From the NCBI GenBank assembly GCA_905178155.1, contig CAJINV010000004.1:8330882-8394881 (forward strand): 64,000 nt of DNA. The letters run 5' to 3'. Below the pieces are notes generated by a model. That model did no database searches, had not been told where the DNA came from, and saw only the letters and a list, made by a program, of their open reading frames with translations. A program made the translations under genes and the position numbers. The stretch is from Amoebophrya sp. A120 (Eukaryota; Protista; Dinoflagellata). Positions 24,972 to 37,782 of the stretch are shown piece after piece; the first letter of the stretch is position 1, and each line of letters starts with the position of its first letter.

Positions 24972-27900
24972 TCACGTCGTTCCAGAAGCTGTGTTATCGT
25001 AAAAAAAGTGTTTCACTGTAAGGATTTTGCAAGTTTTGCATTACAAGTTCGTATACACATGACCAAGAAAACTTGCCATGCGCGGTTTCTAAGGGAAAAC
25101 ACATTGAAAAACCCAATGTCTTGTATGTGTAGCAAGACAAATAGTTGTGTGCTCCATTCTATGCATCACAAGTTCACAGTGAACAGGTTTTTCTTGCGAT
25201 ATGTGTGGTCTTCCACGTAATATCGGTACATCGTCGCGAGGATTCCGGTATCCTGTGCAAAAGTAACGTACTCGTACTAATCGCATTCATGCATTACAAA
25301 TCTCGTTCCTAAGGCAAATCCGCATTACAAATTTAATTTGTAATGCTGAGCCAGTTTGTATTGCGATTTCTACTAGTACGATACTTTTGCAGTTCATATC
25401 CGGTAGCAGTACTGGTGGAAACATCAACACCAAAATCATCACTATCAGAGTGTTTCCCACCGTTGTTCCCGCCCGAGCTAGACGAGGAAGCAGTGGTCGC
25501 CGCAGTGGTCATCCTCCCGTCCAAGCAGCTGCTGCGGTCGTACAAGTGGATCTCTTCCTGTAGCAAGTCGAACGTCCGTCGAAAGTATGCGTTGCAAATA
25601 GAATGTAGTACGGCGTCTCTGGGTCTGGAAGGACACTGTGAATTGCTGCTTCTCGACTAATATTTTTACACAAAAATCCGTTGCATGGCCGCCAAAACAA
25701 CAAGCCACAAAAATGGGTTTCCTTGTTGCATTCTCCAGAGTACAACTATCGGTGCAGTAAAGTCCGACAAGAAGCATTTACTGTAAAGCTCCTGCGCGAC
25801 AATAAGATAGAACAAATGCACTCTAGTACTAACTTCCAGAGACTCCGACATGACATAATTTGCCCTTTGGATAGAAACACATGCTTGGCGATAAAGTCTT
25901 TATGGTCCTGGATGGCCACGATGCTGTCGGAGGCTTCGCCGATATTCACTGTGGTCGTCGCGAGTTGATGTGCTGTATGCATGTTGGCAAATTCATCTTC
26001 ATTTACATTTTCACCTGGATAGTTCCGGTGGTTACCGGCATTGAATATTCCCCCGCCGGCCGCGATAGTATGGCATTCGTTCACGACGTCAAACATTCGG
26101 TCCATTTCAGACCCGGGGAAGATGCCGAATTTCTGCCCACAACCCAGGGCAAATGGGGATTTTGTAACATACCCCCGCCCGCTTCTAATGCGATTTTTTT
26201 TCCCCAATCGCCATGGTATGGCGCAAGCGCGCGCCCGCCGGACCGCCCTTGGCGACCAGTTTGTAAGCCTGCCGAGGGTTCTCGATGTTTTTTAATTTTC
26301 GCTCTTTTTTCAGGTTTTTAGTCGGCCGAAGGGCTCCGGGCATTTTCACCGACCGCAGCTGACTGGCAGTTTTAAAGCCTGCGGAGGGATTGCGCTTTTG
26401 CGCATTTTTTTCTCTTTTTCCATTTTTCAAGTGGCTGGGGCGACCTGGACATTTTCACCGCCCCCACCTGGGTGGCAGTTTTGAAGCCTGCGGAGCGATT
26501 GCGCTTTTGCGCATTTTTTTCTCTTTTTCCATTTTCTAAGTGGCCCGGGCGACCTGCACACTTTCACCGCCCCCACCTGGGTGGCAGTTTTGAAGCCTGC
26601 GGAGGGATTGCGCTTTTGCGCAATTTCTCATCTTTTTTCATTTTTCAAGTGGCCCGGGTGATCTGGGCAAAATCCGACGATTGCTTCCACCCACGTTATG
26701 AAGCAATTTTTTGCCATTTTTTTCAAACTTTTTCCAGTTACGAAGCGGCCCAAGGCTTCCGGACAGGTCGCGGGCCTGCTTCTCCAACGCAGCTGGCCAG
26801 CGGGCGGAGCAAAAAATAGTCCGTCTCTTTTTCAGATCTCAAGTGGGCCAAACCGCAGAAATGCTCTTTTTCTACCTTCTCCCGCTTGGTTTCTGCCGTT
26901 TTTGCGACATTTTTGACCTCCTGGCCATTTTCCCATCTGGTCCGCTTTTTTTCCCTTCTCCCGCTTCATTTCTGGCCATTTCCCTGACCTTCACGCCTCC
27001 CGGCGGCTGCCATATATGGTAACGGCAACTGCCTTCGCGCTGCGTTTGCTAAGCAATATCGCAAGCGCGCAGAGCGCGCGCGCCGGCTTCGTGGGCCGGC
27101 GCGCGCTCTGCGCGCGCGCGCGCACGCATTTGGTTACCAGATTATTCCCCCGCCGGCCGCGATATTAACCCCAGGATGGTATTCGTTCACGACGTCAAAC
27201 ATATGGCGATACTAAGGACGGATTTTCGAAAAATGTAAAAAAATTTCAGGGGTCGCGCATGTCGCCCGTCCCGTTTGACGGGAATTGCCGGCGCCCCACC
27301 TCATGCTTGAGCAAGATAGCCGAAAGGCCCCGCTTTGAGGCAGTGAGAAAGGCAGACCGGCTTGAGTAGCAGCTGCTGGTGGCCGCATGGCTTCCGGTTC
27401 GCTCTGTCGCTTCGTCCGACGAGTGTGGCGCGCAGAGATTGGTCGGAGCGCTGTGCCGGCCGCGGCTACCACAAGAAGGCGCATCAAAATCGGGTTGGCT
27501 ACCTTTGAGCCCTGCGGCCGCCATCCCGTTGCCCCGCACGCCGACAACACTCGCCGCCCCTCTGGGGTTAAGGAAAAGGCAAAAAAACACGGGCGCGGTA
27601 AGCTCTGGAGAGGGTTTGCCTGCGATGAGGTAACTGCCTTCGCAATATTGCGCTGGCAAATGCAAAGCACACGCACGGCGCGGGCTAGGGCGAAAAAAAG
27701 ACGCTCCGCCCGTTCGCAAACGATGCCGCGGCCTCTTCCGTGAGTTCCTCTAGAGGCTTGCCCTTCCCGTCTTCCATAGACCCCCATTGTGGGCTGCGGT
27801 TCCCGACATCCTGGCAAGCCCCACGTCGAACGCACTCGCCTCTTGCTCATTTCAGAAAATGAAAGGCCGGATCCACCCCCGGACAAAAAAGAAGCAAACG

Positions 27901-30900
27901 GCCTTTCGGCTACCCCTGAAAGGCCTTTTTTGGGTACCCCTCGTAGCATCGGGGGAAGCGCAAAAAAGGGCGTTTTTGGCTACCCCTCCTGGGTACCCCT
28001 CCCGGAGGGGTGACACGAACAAGACATCAGGCCAAGAAACACGTTTTGCAGGAGTGCGAAAGCACCAGTTGCGCGCCGTTTTTGTCAGTGCCCGCAAGCC
28101 TCGCGGGCGAGGCTGTTTGTTCAGTTTTTCCGCGGTGCCTCGCGGCGCAGCCGGGAGCCAGCGCGCAAAGAAGCTTTGTGCGCTATGTAGATGCAGCTGG
28201 TTTCGGGGTGGTGCGCCTGAGCACAGAAGAACGACCCCAGGATGGTATTCGTTCACGACGTCAAACATTCGGTCCTCTTGCATTTGCTGAAAATCGTGTT
28301 TACTAGTAGTTCCCTCTTCCACAAAGCACAGGGTGTCGAGCAGCAGCCCCTCATCCACCGAAGGCGGATTTTGATCTTCCGTGTCGACTGGGTCTCGTCC
28401 TTGCAGCTGCTCTTGGGCCGCCCTTGCGGCCTCCAAGCTCGTACTAGTACCTCCGGTTGGTCTGGGTTTAGCTTTAGTTTGTTCCCTCGTCGCCGAACCT
28501 CCTCGTGAGGGCCGTGAGGGGTCGACGTGGCGTAGTCGACCACGCCCCAGCGCCAACAAATCCGGGCTCTTGACGTACCTCAAATGATGCAGCACCTCCG
28601 CGGGCTCCTCGATCATCTCAGTGTTCACGAAGATGGTTGCCTATCCTGTGCAAAAGTATCGTACTCGTACTAATTGTAATTATGCATGACAAATCTTGTC
28701 CTGAATTTCAAACAGCATGACAAATTCCATTTGTCATGCTGAGGTAATTTGTAATGCAATTACTACTAGAACGATGCTTTTGCAATTCATATTGCCAGGG
28801 GTCTAGTTGTAGTATTTGTTGTGCCACTTCTTGATGCTGCCGCTGCTGCTGCTCCAAATCCTCCGCTGGAAGAAACAGCAGCAGTCGAAGGTTTATTCTC
28901 CGCCGCACTTGAAGTTGAGGATGTTGAACAGGCCCCTCCAGTAGAAGAATTTTTTTCAGCTGACACAATCACTTCCTCCGTCCAGGCGAGTCGCAACGAG
29001 AAAGTTGTCGACTCGATGGTTTTATCAAATGCAAAAATGTCTGGGTCTGGAAGGTTGGAACTTGTGATGCTAACTTTAGATGCTAAAAAAATCTGTATTG
29101 CATGACCAGAAAGAGGTGCCCAGTTTGTGCTAAGTACGCGGGGAGGGCATTTGTCATGCGGGATAGGCATGAGGAAGGCCTCTAAAAATATGTGATGCTA
29201 GATCATGCATTACAGACATCCTGGGTCATGCAAAACATGCTTGACAAATCTCAGAATCTTCCAGACCCAGACATTTTTACATTTGATAGGTTTCATTCAC
29301 CTGGGGGGAGATCTGTAGGAAGATGGTTCCTCCGCAAGAAGAACCTTCACTCAATATTTTTCCAGGTTGAATATTTTCAGTGGAGTTGTGGCCCTCGTCG
29401 TGTAGTTCTTCGATATGATCCTCTTCTTCAATTCCCCCGCGGACGGGCAGATGTGGAAAAAGCTTTTTCACATGCTCCAAATTTTCGCACTCCGCGAGCC
29501 GGAAAAGCGCTATGCATTGCAAATATGTCTGGGTCGGGAAGATTGCCAGATTTGTCATGCAGGTTCAACATTACGCATGGGGTCTGGAATCCAGGATCTA
29601 GCATGACAGATTCTGTGAGCTCTGTATCATGCCTATCCTGCGTGACATACTCACTCCCAACTTGGTCAAAAGTGGACAGCTTTTGGCACTCATGCAACAC
29701 AAATTTTTTCACGGTCCAGATTTAGCATCACAAGCTGTACCCTTCCAGACCCAGACACTTTTGCATTTGATAAGCCCCAGCAGGCTGCGATCCTCTTCGG
29801 ACTCGCAATTTCGAGAGGAGGTCGAGGCGGTCAGAGGGGAGGAGAGTATGGTAGTGCCAGGACCGAAATCGACAAAGTTGGATAATAATTTGCGATGCAT
29901 AAAACGGATGCCAGTTGGTGCCTAGTTTTCAAGTGGCGCATGACAAATTTGGGTAGAACCGATGAAATCCAGTTTGTAATGCTGTTTGGGTAGGAAAGAC
30001 GCCGCTTGTCATGCTAGTTTAGCACCTCTATTTCTACCCCTCAACAGGCTTACAATCTGCCTCCCTTGCCTCCTCTGCAAGACAGGCACTTTGTGGGTTG
30101 CATTTTATGCATCACAAACTATTTCAACTTTGACGATTTCAATCCTGACGCTCCCGTAGAGAGAAGCCTATGATTATCCCCAGCACTGGAGGAGGAGGAG
30201 GGTATGCAGCGAGCAAAGTTAGTATTATGTCGAGGATCCGGTTTTGGATTATATCATATTTGTGATCATGCGAATGATTTGCTTTTGCATGCCAGCAGGA
30301 TCTGCGTTGAGACAAAAAAATAACCAGGTGTAAGTTTTTTTTCATGCTGCGCAAAGCTGAGTTTGTCATGTGATAATTCACGAATGGTAAAGGTAAAAAA
30401 TACTAAAACACCTGTAACTGTATCAGAAACAATCAGCCAGACACATTTGGTTCCAAACCGAAGCAGACATATCATACGTAAAATGCAGTTGATAGTGTTG
30501 GACAGCCGGCCACTGCTGTTTGTCGTCGACGAAAGGCGGTTTTTTTGCGGCTTTTCGGAAGAGTTCGACGACGTCGTTGGCCCACAAGCACGATTGTTCG
30601 GGAGCATGGTAACCTTATTATCACCGCCGCTGCTGCTACTCTTGCCGGTCGTGGAGTCATTTTGCCTTCTCGTGTTGCGATCTGCACTTGAAGACTGTAG
30701 TGAGGCTACTCGTGCAGGAGCTTCCTCACTGGTTCTTACCAGCAGTTGACCACCGTCAACATCTTTGCGTGAATCACGTTGTGCTGCTGGGACTTGCACT
30801 TCTGCCGAGTACTTGGCTGTCTGTTGCTCGTCTGGCTCCTCTGCGCAAGGAATCTTCGCAGAACATCCTGATTCAGACAAAAGTACTTTACCACTTCCGG

Positions 30901-33900
30901 CGTTTTTTCGCCGCTGTCGCAACTGCATCTGCTGCGGCTCTGCGTCGGTTCTTTGGGAGGAGGTTCTTTTGGAGGATGGAACGTTAGAAGTACTGGTACT
31001 AGCAACTGATGTCTCGCCGGCGTCCGGCCCACTTGCAGCCCTACGGCCTCTGCTCTCGCAATGCACAGCTTTCTCCTGCTCCTGCTGCTGACCAGATGCA
31101 GGTGGATGTCTTTCCCCGGTATAATTAGTGGCTCCTTCCAGCACAGGAATAATATTATCGCTTTCCTCCTCCTCCCCTTCCTCCTGTATGGTTGGGTAAA
31201 AGTAGTTCTGTCGCTGCTCTCGGTGTAGTTTTCGGTCACTACTTCTGCAGCTTCTTGGCAACTGCGCTGTCTGGTTTGCTGTACCGGCACAGGATGAGGC
31301 ACTCTGATCGGGGTAGGTTTGGTGCGGTTGCTTCAAGTTTTGGTTCTTGTTAATACGGGGAAAATCTTCCTCCTCCTCCTCGTCTTGCAAGATAGTCGGG
31401 TAAATGGTGACAAACTGCACGCCCGCACCTAGATCGCCAGAGGGGTCCAGCAGCGGTATCTGCACGGGGGACGAGAAGAATCTTTTCTGCATATTACAAT
31501 GAAAAATGCCCCCACCCCCGAACTTGGGAGCATTTGTATTGCAAACCTTTCCAAATGAAACATTTGCCCGCTTGCATCTATCAGCATCACCTGTTTCCAA
31601 TCGTGAATAGCAAAAATTTGTATTGCAAAAGACCCGAGAAAAAGTGGCGCTTGTCATGCAAGCGTTGCGATACACGCCTACACTCTGCATCAGAAAGATT
31701 CATACTCCTTTCATGCTTTTCATTTGGAAACTTCGCATCACAAATTTTTGCAAAATTGGGGGTGGGGACATTTTTCACTGTAATACTGCAGATACTTCTC
31801 CAATTTCCCATACCACACCTTCCCGTGCTGCAGCCAGAGAAAGCGGTAGATAAATTTTTGCACCACAAGCCATTCGAAGAAGAGGAGAAGGACGAAAAAA
31901 ACATCGATCGCTTCGGCCAACAGCTTGTGTCGGACGTTTCGCCAATACAGCCGGTTCGCGTACTCGGTTTCCACACGGTTTACCCAAAACAGCTGGTCAA
32001 ATGTCGATCGTTCTGGGTATCGTAAGAGAAAACAGTTTCACTGTGAACTTGTGATGCAGAAAATTCATCAGTGAAGTGTTTGTCTTGCTACACATGCACC
32101 ATAAGTGATTTCTACCGGTGTTTTCCCTTAGGATCCTCGCATGGCAAGTTTTCTTTGTAATGCGTAGCGAACTTGTAATGCAAAACTTGCAAAATCCCTA
32201 CAGTGAAACAGTTTTTTCTCACGATACTGGGCGGAGATCATCTACAACTGTGGCGGACTTTATCGAGTCCCTTCTCGTGCTATTGGTGACTGTGGAAAGC
32301 CGAGATTTTTTCTTTCGGCGGACAGAGGAAGACGCGGAGTTGCCGTGCGGGGTTGTGGTGGTACTATCAGGCGACGAGGAAGCATTTATTTTCGTGCCGA
32401 ACTTCTTGTCCACCTCTGGGGAAGGTGAGTTGTTGTGCAGCAAGTCTCCATCATCTGGAGAGGACGAGAAAGTGCTGCTCGTTGACTTCTTTGCTGCACT
32501 GCCTGTTTTTTGCTCCGAATAATTCGTCTCTTCAGCTCCAGATTTTCTAGCGGTCGCGGATTTAGCGGACAGTCTCGTGGCTTTCTTGCAAGGTACAACA
32601 TCACCTCCGGCTTCATCCTCTTCGCAGGGCCCGCCCTCGTAGTTGCCCCGGAGACTCACCCGGCCGCTTTCCGGTTTCGTCTTCACAGGCGTGGACAAGC
32701 CGCCCGCCACCTCTGCAGATTTGGTGTCCACCTCGGAGGTGATGTTCTCCTGCCCCTCTGCCGAAGTGTTTATTTTCAATGGAGGAGTACAATCACGTTG
32801 TCCGTCGTTGGAGGGAAGTAGATCATCCTCCTCCTCCTCGTCATCCGAAGTAGATTCTAGCTGCTGCGCTGCAAGCTCCTCTCGCAGTGCCTTCTCAGCC
32901 TCCTCCTCTTCCCTTGCGGCCCTTTCCGCGTTCGCGTACTGAATTTCCACGGTTTTTCGCAAAGCTTGCCTGACTTGGTCCACCCAGATGCTCGCATTTT
33001 CGTACGTGTCCGCCTCGAACTTCAGCTGCCGGTCGCAAATCCGCACCTGCCAGCGCGAGCTCTTTGCAGACACCAGGCTCGCTTCGGTTTGCAGCACCGG
33101 CAGCGCGAAACTGCCCTTGCACCGATCCCGAATATTCACCGAGTAGACCTCGAGCTGCGGGTCTCGGTGCCCCAGCGGGCCGTAGATCGCGAGCTCCAAC
33201 AACCTCTCTACGCGGTTTTCGCCGTGAATCGGGTGGCGCCAGGTCCGATGCTTCCGCAGCGTGTGCACTTTCAATCGGCTGGAAAAGAGCACTATGCATT
33301 GCAACTATGTCTGCGTCTGGATTTGTGATGCAGGACTTCAAGGACAACAAGATCTGTAATGCATGAATACCATGGGCCAGCAGTTTTTTTGTCGTGCTGG
33401 ATGGAAGTTTGTAATGCTAAACACGAATATATCCACAAGGAGTCGAGGGAAATTTGTCATGCTGTTATGCCGTACAAGCAGCAAGCTTGCAACGCAAGTA
33501 TCAGCAACACAAGTTTCCAGACCCAGACATTTTTGCATTTGACAAGCACGGTGCGCTTGCTATTCTCCTGCCTGTTCTTGCCGGACGTGGAAATTCTCAG
33601 CAGCTGGTGTTGAGAGGAGGGTCTAGCAGTACGGGTGCTGCTATCAAGAACTACATCGGTGCTGCTGTAGGAAAGCCGGGGTCTACTTGATGATTCGGCA
33701 GTTGTTGTGTGGTTCATGATCCCGTGGTCGTAGCTTGTAGTAGTTCCAACACCCGGCGAAGGTAGTACACCAGCTCGTCCTAGATGGAATGGGTTAATAT
33801 GGCCGGAATTTTTATCCATTTCGCCCATGTCGTGGTTTTGGTTTTCCACCACGCCCCCGCCCCCGCCGCAGAACCAGAGGCAATCCGACGCCGGAACGAC

Positions 33901-36900
33901 CAGCGGGCCTCCACCACCCGAAGTTTTAGTCTTCCCGCCGCTCATTTTTCCACCGTCTTCGCCATCGTTTTCATTTGACCACGCGGCCTTTGATGTGCCG
34001 TAATTCGTGTTCATCGACTCCACCGTGTTGGCGTAGCTCGAGGCGTAGCTCGTAAAGCACCGATGTAGCCGCTTCGGATCAAGTGCAAAAATGTATGGTT
34101 CTGGAAGAATGCAAGATTTGTCATGCATATTTCTCATGACCCATGATAGTCTGTGATGTATGCCGTAGCATTGCAGATTTTTAGAACCCTTCCTGATGCA
34201 CCTTCCGCATGAGAAATGCCCTGTCCGTGTAGCACAAATTATACCCCTCTTGCTGGTCATGCAATACAAATTTTTTTAGAGTCCATCCAAATTCAGCATC
34301 ACAAGTTGCATTCTTCCAGACCCAGACATTTTTGCAGTTGATAGAGCGCTAGAGCTAGTAGTCGACGTACTGTCGTGGTCTAGCAGGCCGACTGCATCTT
34401 CTTCACCGTCCGTCACCGGAGGTTCAGGAACATCAAAGCCACCCACCATCGACTGCGCTAGTATTTCTTCATTGAACACCGCGTAATGACTGTCGTCTGC
34501 ACCGCGGCAAACTTGCACAGACAACCCCAAGCCGGTCATCTGCTGCTCGCTGGTAGAACTCGTTTTCTTCTTGTCGTGGCTCGTCCCTAGCGGCGGTTCG
34601 CTGTCTGTCGTGCTGTCTTTATCGACTTTTTTCCCCTTCGGATCATGTTTCGACACCGACTCCCCTTCCTTCCTTTGTCGTCTGTAACTGTCCGGTGTGA
34701 ACCGCAACGAATTTTTAGTACTTTTCCGGCTGGCCGTCGCGAAAAAGGCCGCGGCCCGCAGACGGCGGGAGCAGAGGACTTTTCGTAAACACGATTTCAA
34801 GAAGTCGCGGAACCGCCTCCGAGACCTTTCCCCGCCACAGTCGATGTAGCTGTAGGGGTTCTTGCAGCCAAGAGATGCGGTCGGCTCTGCCGCAACAGTA
34901 GTAGAGCAACTTTTGGAACCCCCTGGTCCTCCTGGTGCAACATCCGCGGCAGCTGTAGTACTTCTCGCGGCGACGGGGTCGGAGCCCACGTGATCTTGTT
35001 CACCCCCGGCGGTACTGCTTGGCTCCCCGATCACTGCCGTTGGGTCCAACCCCAGCCGTAAAACCTCGAGTAAGCGGAACAGCGATTCGATCGCGGCGAA
35101 TGGGGGGGTGAAAACTGGAGGAACTACGAAGGCACCGGCAGCCGCGAATATACTTGTCGGACGAGGATGTTGTTCGTCCGGCGATGCTGGCCCCACCGGC
35201 CCTTGTTCCGGATCCTCTACGGTGCTGCCATAATCTAGGACTACTTCCGAAGGGATTTTGGTCGACGATAAGAGCCTCGCTGCCGCGCTGTCGAAAATCG
35301 TTCCGTCTGAGGTCGTCCCGCCGGACCACCCCGAATCTGCTCCTTCATTGGTCGTGGCTTTATTGTTCATCTTGCCCGTAGTTTTCATTTTGCCTTCGTT
35401 CTTTTTCATTTTGGACGTTGTTTTCGCTGATGGCAGCAGCTCCGGTCTTTTGTGGCAAAAATCTTGGTCTTCACAAGCGGTCGCGCCCCCGAAGTTGTCC
35501 GGCTCTAACATGCTCAGGTAGGTTATTAAGAGGAAAAATCCCCCCTCCCCATATCGAAAAGTTATGTTTCCGAAAATTTGTATTGCTGATTTGAGACCAC
35601 AAATCACCTCTGTCTTGCAAGAAGGCAATTCCACAAGCTTCGCAGCATTGTGCAGGCGGTTTGTGATGCTAATGGGCCTACAGCATGGACGTTCCTCCTT
35701 CTAGACGCCTAGGCCGCAGCCTCTCTACTTGGGATCAGTATGGGCCTGTATTCCTCTCCAGCAAGACAAGTCCGATTTGTGTACGCAAATCCTGCATCAG
35801 AAACTTCGTTTTGATGTGGGGAGGGGGGATTTTTCCTTTTCATATAGGTAACCAGATGGCGACCGCAGGCTTGAATGGCGGAAAGCAGAGGTGGGGATTT
35901 AGTACCATTCTTGCCAGGTTTCGTCTCGCTCGTATCGTCGAGGCACGACCTCCTCCCAGTGTGTGCAGCGGGACCTCCGCTGCACGACTTGTTATCTACT
36001 TCTGCTTCCTCCTCACTGGTACTATCCCTAAGGTCCTCATCATCCAGCGCTACCGCGTGCAACAGGTCCATCTCCGCGTCAGATCCAATGCCGATCCCGA
36101 GCGCCGCGGCCTTGCTGGAGCTGCTCCAACTTAGGCACCACGTTGCGTGCTGCAGGTCCTCAAAAACGTCCGCGATCAGGGTTTGTTTCCGCTGTCTCTC
36201 AAACAACAAGTTCAGGCCCGTTTCGAGAAGCTGGAAAAAACTGGTTTTAGCCTGCTGCGTGGCCGGGTCGAACTGCTCCTGCACCTGGTAGAACGGGTCA
36301 TCGTGGACCCGCGCGAAGAAAAACAGGATGTTGGCCGGCACGAGGAGATCAACATCATGGAAGCGATGCTGCTGGTTTTGAGGCTCGTGATGTAGTTGAT
36401 GCTGCGGAAATAAAAACCGCTTGTGCAGGTGCTGGGGGCCGTCGTCCTCGTGGTGGTCAATAAGTGCAGGAGCACCAGCATCTCTTCTAGTACCACTGCT
36501 TTCGTCACGCTCGCGAGTGATCGACGTCCTACCGAGTTGTACATCATTATTGTCTTGAATATCCTTTTTATGTGAAGATTTTGAAGATTTTTCCCTTTCC
36601 AGTTCCATTCGGTGTGGAGGTGTCAGTCCACCTCGTCCAGCACAACTGGCGAAAAGTTCTGTGCTGTTCCCCACATCCTCTCCCCAGCGCAGAACCGCGT
36701 CAAAGTGCTCGACGATATCAAATGTAAAAATGTCTGGGTCTGGAAGAATGCGCGATTTGGTTGGTTGGTTGGATAGCGCCGGTCGCCGGTGCAGGTCCCG
36801 CCCTCCATCGATTGCGATCCGGAGTAGCCGGAACACAAGGCCCTAGTGGCACAATCGATCGACGAAGCCCTTTATAACCAGGTCACGGACATCCGGCTGC

Positions 36901-37782
36901 CGTGGAGTCATTCGCGGGCCAGGCAACGTCTAGGAGCTACGGATTAGGGATCTTGATGGGCGATTTGTCATGCAGCTTTTCCATGACCGATGCGGTCTGG
37001 AATGCAGGACCTAGCATGACAGATTCTGTGCGATCTCTCTCATGCCTATCCTGCATGAGAAACTCCCACACGACTTGGTCAAAACTGGACGACTTTTGGT
37101 AATCATGCAACACAGATTTTTGCATGCTTCAGATTTAGCATGACAAGTTGCATTCTTCCAGACCCAGACATTTTTACATTTGATAAACGAGGGTGTACAC
37201 GGCGACGCGGTAGTCCGGTAGTACTGTGACGCCGAGTATCAAATGCAAATATGTCTGGGTCTGGAAGATGTGTGTCATGCTATTTTTGCATGACACAGAA
37301 GGTCTGGCATGGAAGCCCTAGCATCAGAGGTTTATTCGAGAAGGTTTCGCAAATCGCAATGCCTCATCCGCATGACACAACCCCCACCTTGGTGACAAGA
37401 AGTCGGCGCCTTTTGCTGCCTGTGCATGAGAGATTTGTGTGTGTTGTGCAATACGCATCACAACTTCACATCCTTCCAGACCCAGACATATTTGCAGTGC
37501 ATACCGAGTAGGATTTGCCCGGTCGCGAGGACGCAGGGGAAGCCCTCGAAACTGTATCCAAGAAAAAAACTGCGTAAGTGTAAGTTTGTGTTGCAGAAAA
37601 TGCAAAACTGTTGCACTTGTCATGCTCGACATGCATCAGAGGCAATTTCCCTGCGTGTTTTCACGTACTAGCTACGCATGACAGGTCTTCTGTGTCATGC
37701 AGAGCAAACTTGTGATGCTATTCCTCCAAGAAACTTACACTTACACAGTTTTTTTCCTGGATAAACTGCTCGAGCTGGCCAT
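24972..37782 (-). CDS. Large PH-domain-containing protein (about 17 introns)
   Basis: Frame traced from ATG 37782 (MASSSSFEGFPCVLATGQILLGVTVLPDYRVAVYTLVEHFDAV...) to TGA at 24972, except the decayed junctions at 30203 and 34077 and the 2.2-kb insert; PH-like segment ending LKFEADTYENASIWVDQVRQAL in exon 32227-33287. Confidence 0.75.
24995..25201. mobile_element. Introner family E (TIR TATCGYAAGA.AAA...GTTTCACTGT)
   Basis: TIRs; TSD tgtgt. Confidence 0.9.
25249..25398. mobile_element. Introner family F (150 bp; TIR TAT....TGCAAAAGYATCGTACTMGTA)
   Basis: TIRs; TSD tccgg. Confidence 0.9.
25586..25873. mobile_element. Degenerate introner family A
   Basis: TIR remnants; TSD gaaag/gaaac; frame restored. 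Confidence 0.72.
26341..26668. repeat. Tandem repeat, 3 x 109 bp
   Basis: Unit starts ca(t/c)tttcaccg at 26341, 26450, 26559. Confidence 0.9.
27065..27115. other. GC-rich hairpin (about 21-bp stem, ttcgtgg loop)
   Basis: gcgcgcagagcgcgc(gc)gccggc / gccggcgcgcgctctgcgcgc. Confidence 0.85.
28642..28791. mobile_element. Introner family F
   Basis: TIRs; TSD ttgcc. Confidence 0.92.
29023..29288. mobile_element. Introner family A
   Basis: TIRs; TSD ggttt. Confidence 0.92.
29511..29772. mobile_element. Introner family A
   Basis: TIRs; TSD agcgc/agccc. Confidence 0.9.
29847..30158. mobile_element. Introner family G (TIR TATGG.AGCGTCAGGATTGAAATCGWCAAAGTTGA)
   Basis: TIRs; TSD gagag. Confidence 0.9.
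30203..30494. mobile_element. Degenerate introner family A
   Basis: Decayed TIRs, core motif present, TSD lost. Confidence 0.5.
31492..31785. mobile_element. Introner family C-like
   Basis: TIRs; TSD ctgca. Confidence 0.9.
32018..32226. mobile_element. Introner family E
   Basis: TIRs; TSD ctggg. Confidence 0.92.
33293..33544. mobile_element. Introner family A (diverged)
   Basis: TIRs; TSD agcac. Confidence 0.88.
34077..34343. mobile_element. Introner family A
   Basis: TIRs clear; TSD diverged. Confidence 0.85.
35524..35844. mobile_element. Introner family C
   Basis: TIRs; TSD taggt. Confidence 0.92.
36716..37185. mobile_element. Introner family A containing a nested insertion
   Basis: TIRs; TSD gacga/aacga. 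Confidence 0.88.
36760..36959 (-). mobile_element. Nested 200-bp LINE/SINE-like 3' fragment
   Basis: 8-bp TSD gcgatttg (36752-59, 36960-67); (CCAA)n tail on the minus strand. Confidence 0.65.
37237..37503. mobile_element. Introner family A
   Basis: TIRs; TSD ccgag. Confidence 0.92.
37555..37763. mobile_element. Introner family D variant
   Basis: TIRs; TSD aactg. Confidence 0.92.

Larger units (their letters stand above)
26104..28233. mobile_element. Roughly 2.1-kb non-coding insertion flanked by 29-35 bp direct repeats, with an internal copy of the target site
   Basis: attcgttcacgacgtcaaacat at 26075, 27181 and 28247; composition differs from the host exon. Confidence 0.7.

Noticed and set aside
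26046-28275. DIRS/Ngaro split direct repeats
   Set aside because: The internal junction is in empty-site order (left flank then right flank) and made of host coding sequence, not the B-A order of element termini; no YR or RT ORF.
27212-28290. ORFs inside the 2.2-kb insert as RT, recombinase or Rep protein
   Set aside because: R/A/G-rich frames expected from GC-rich DNA; no catalytic motifs recognised.
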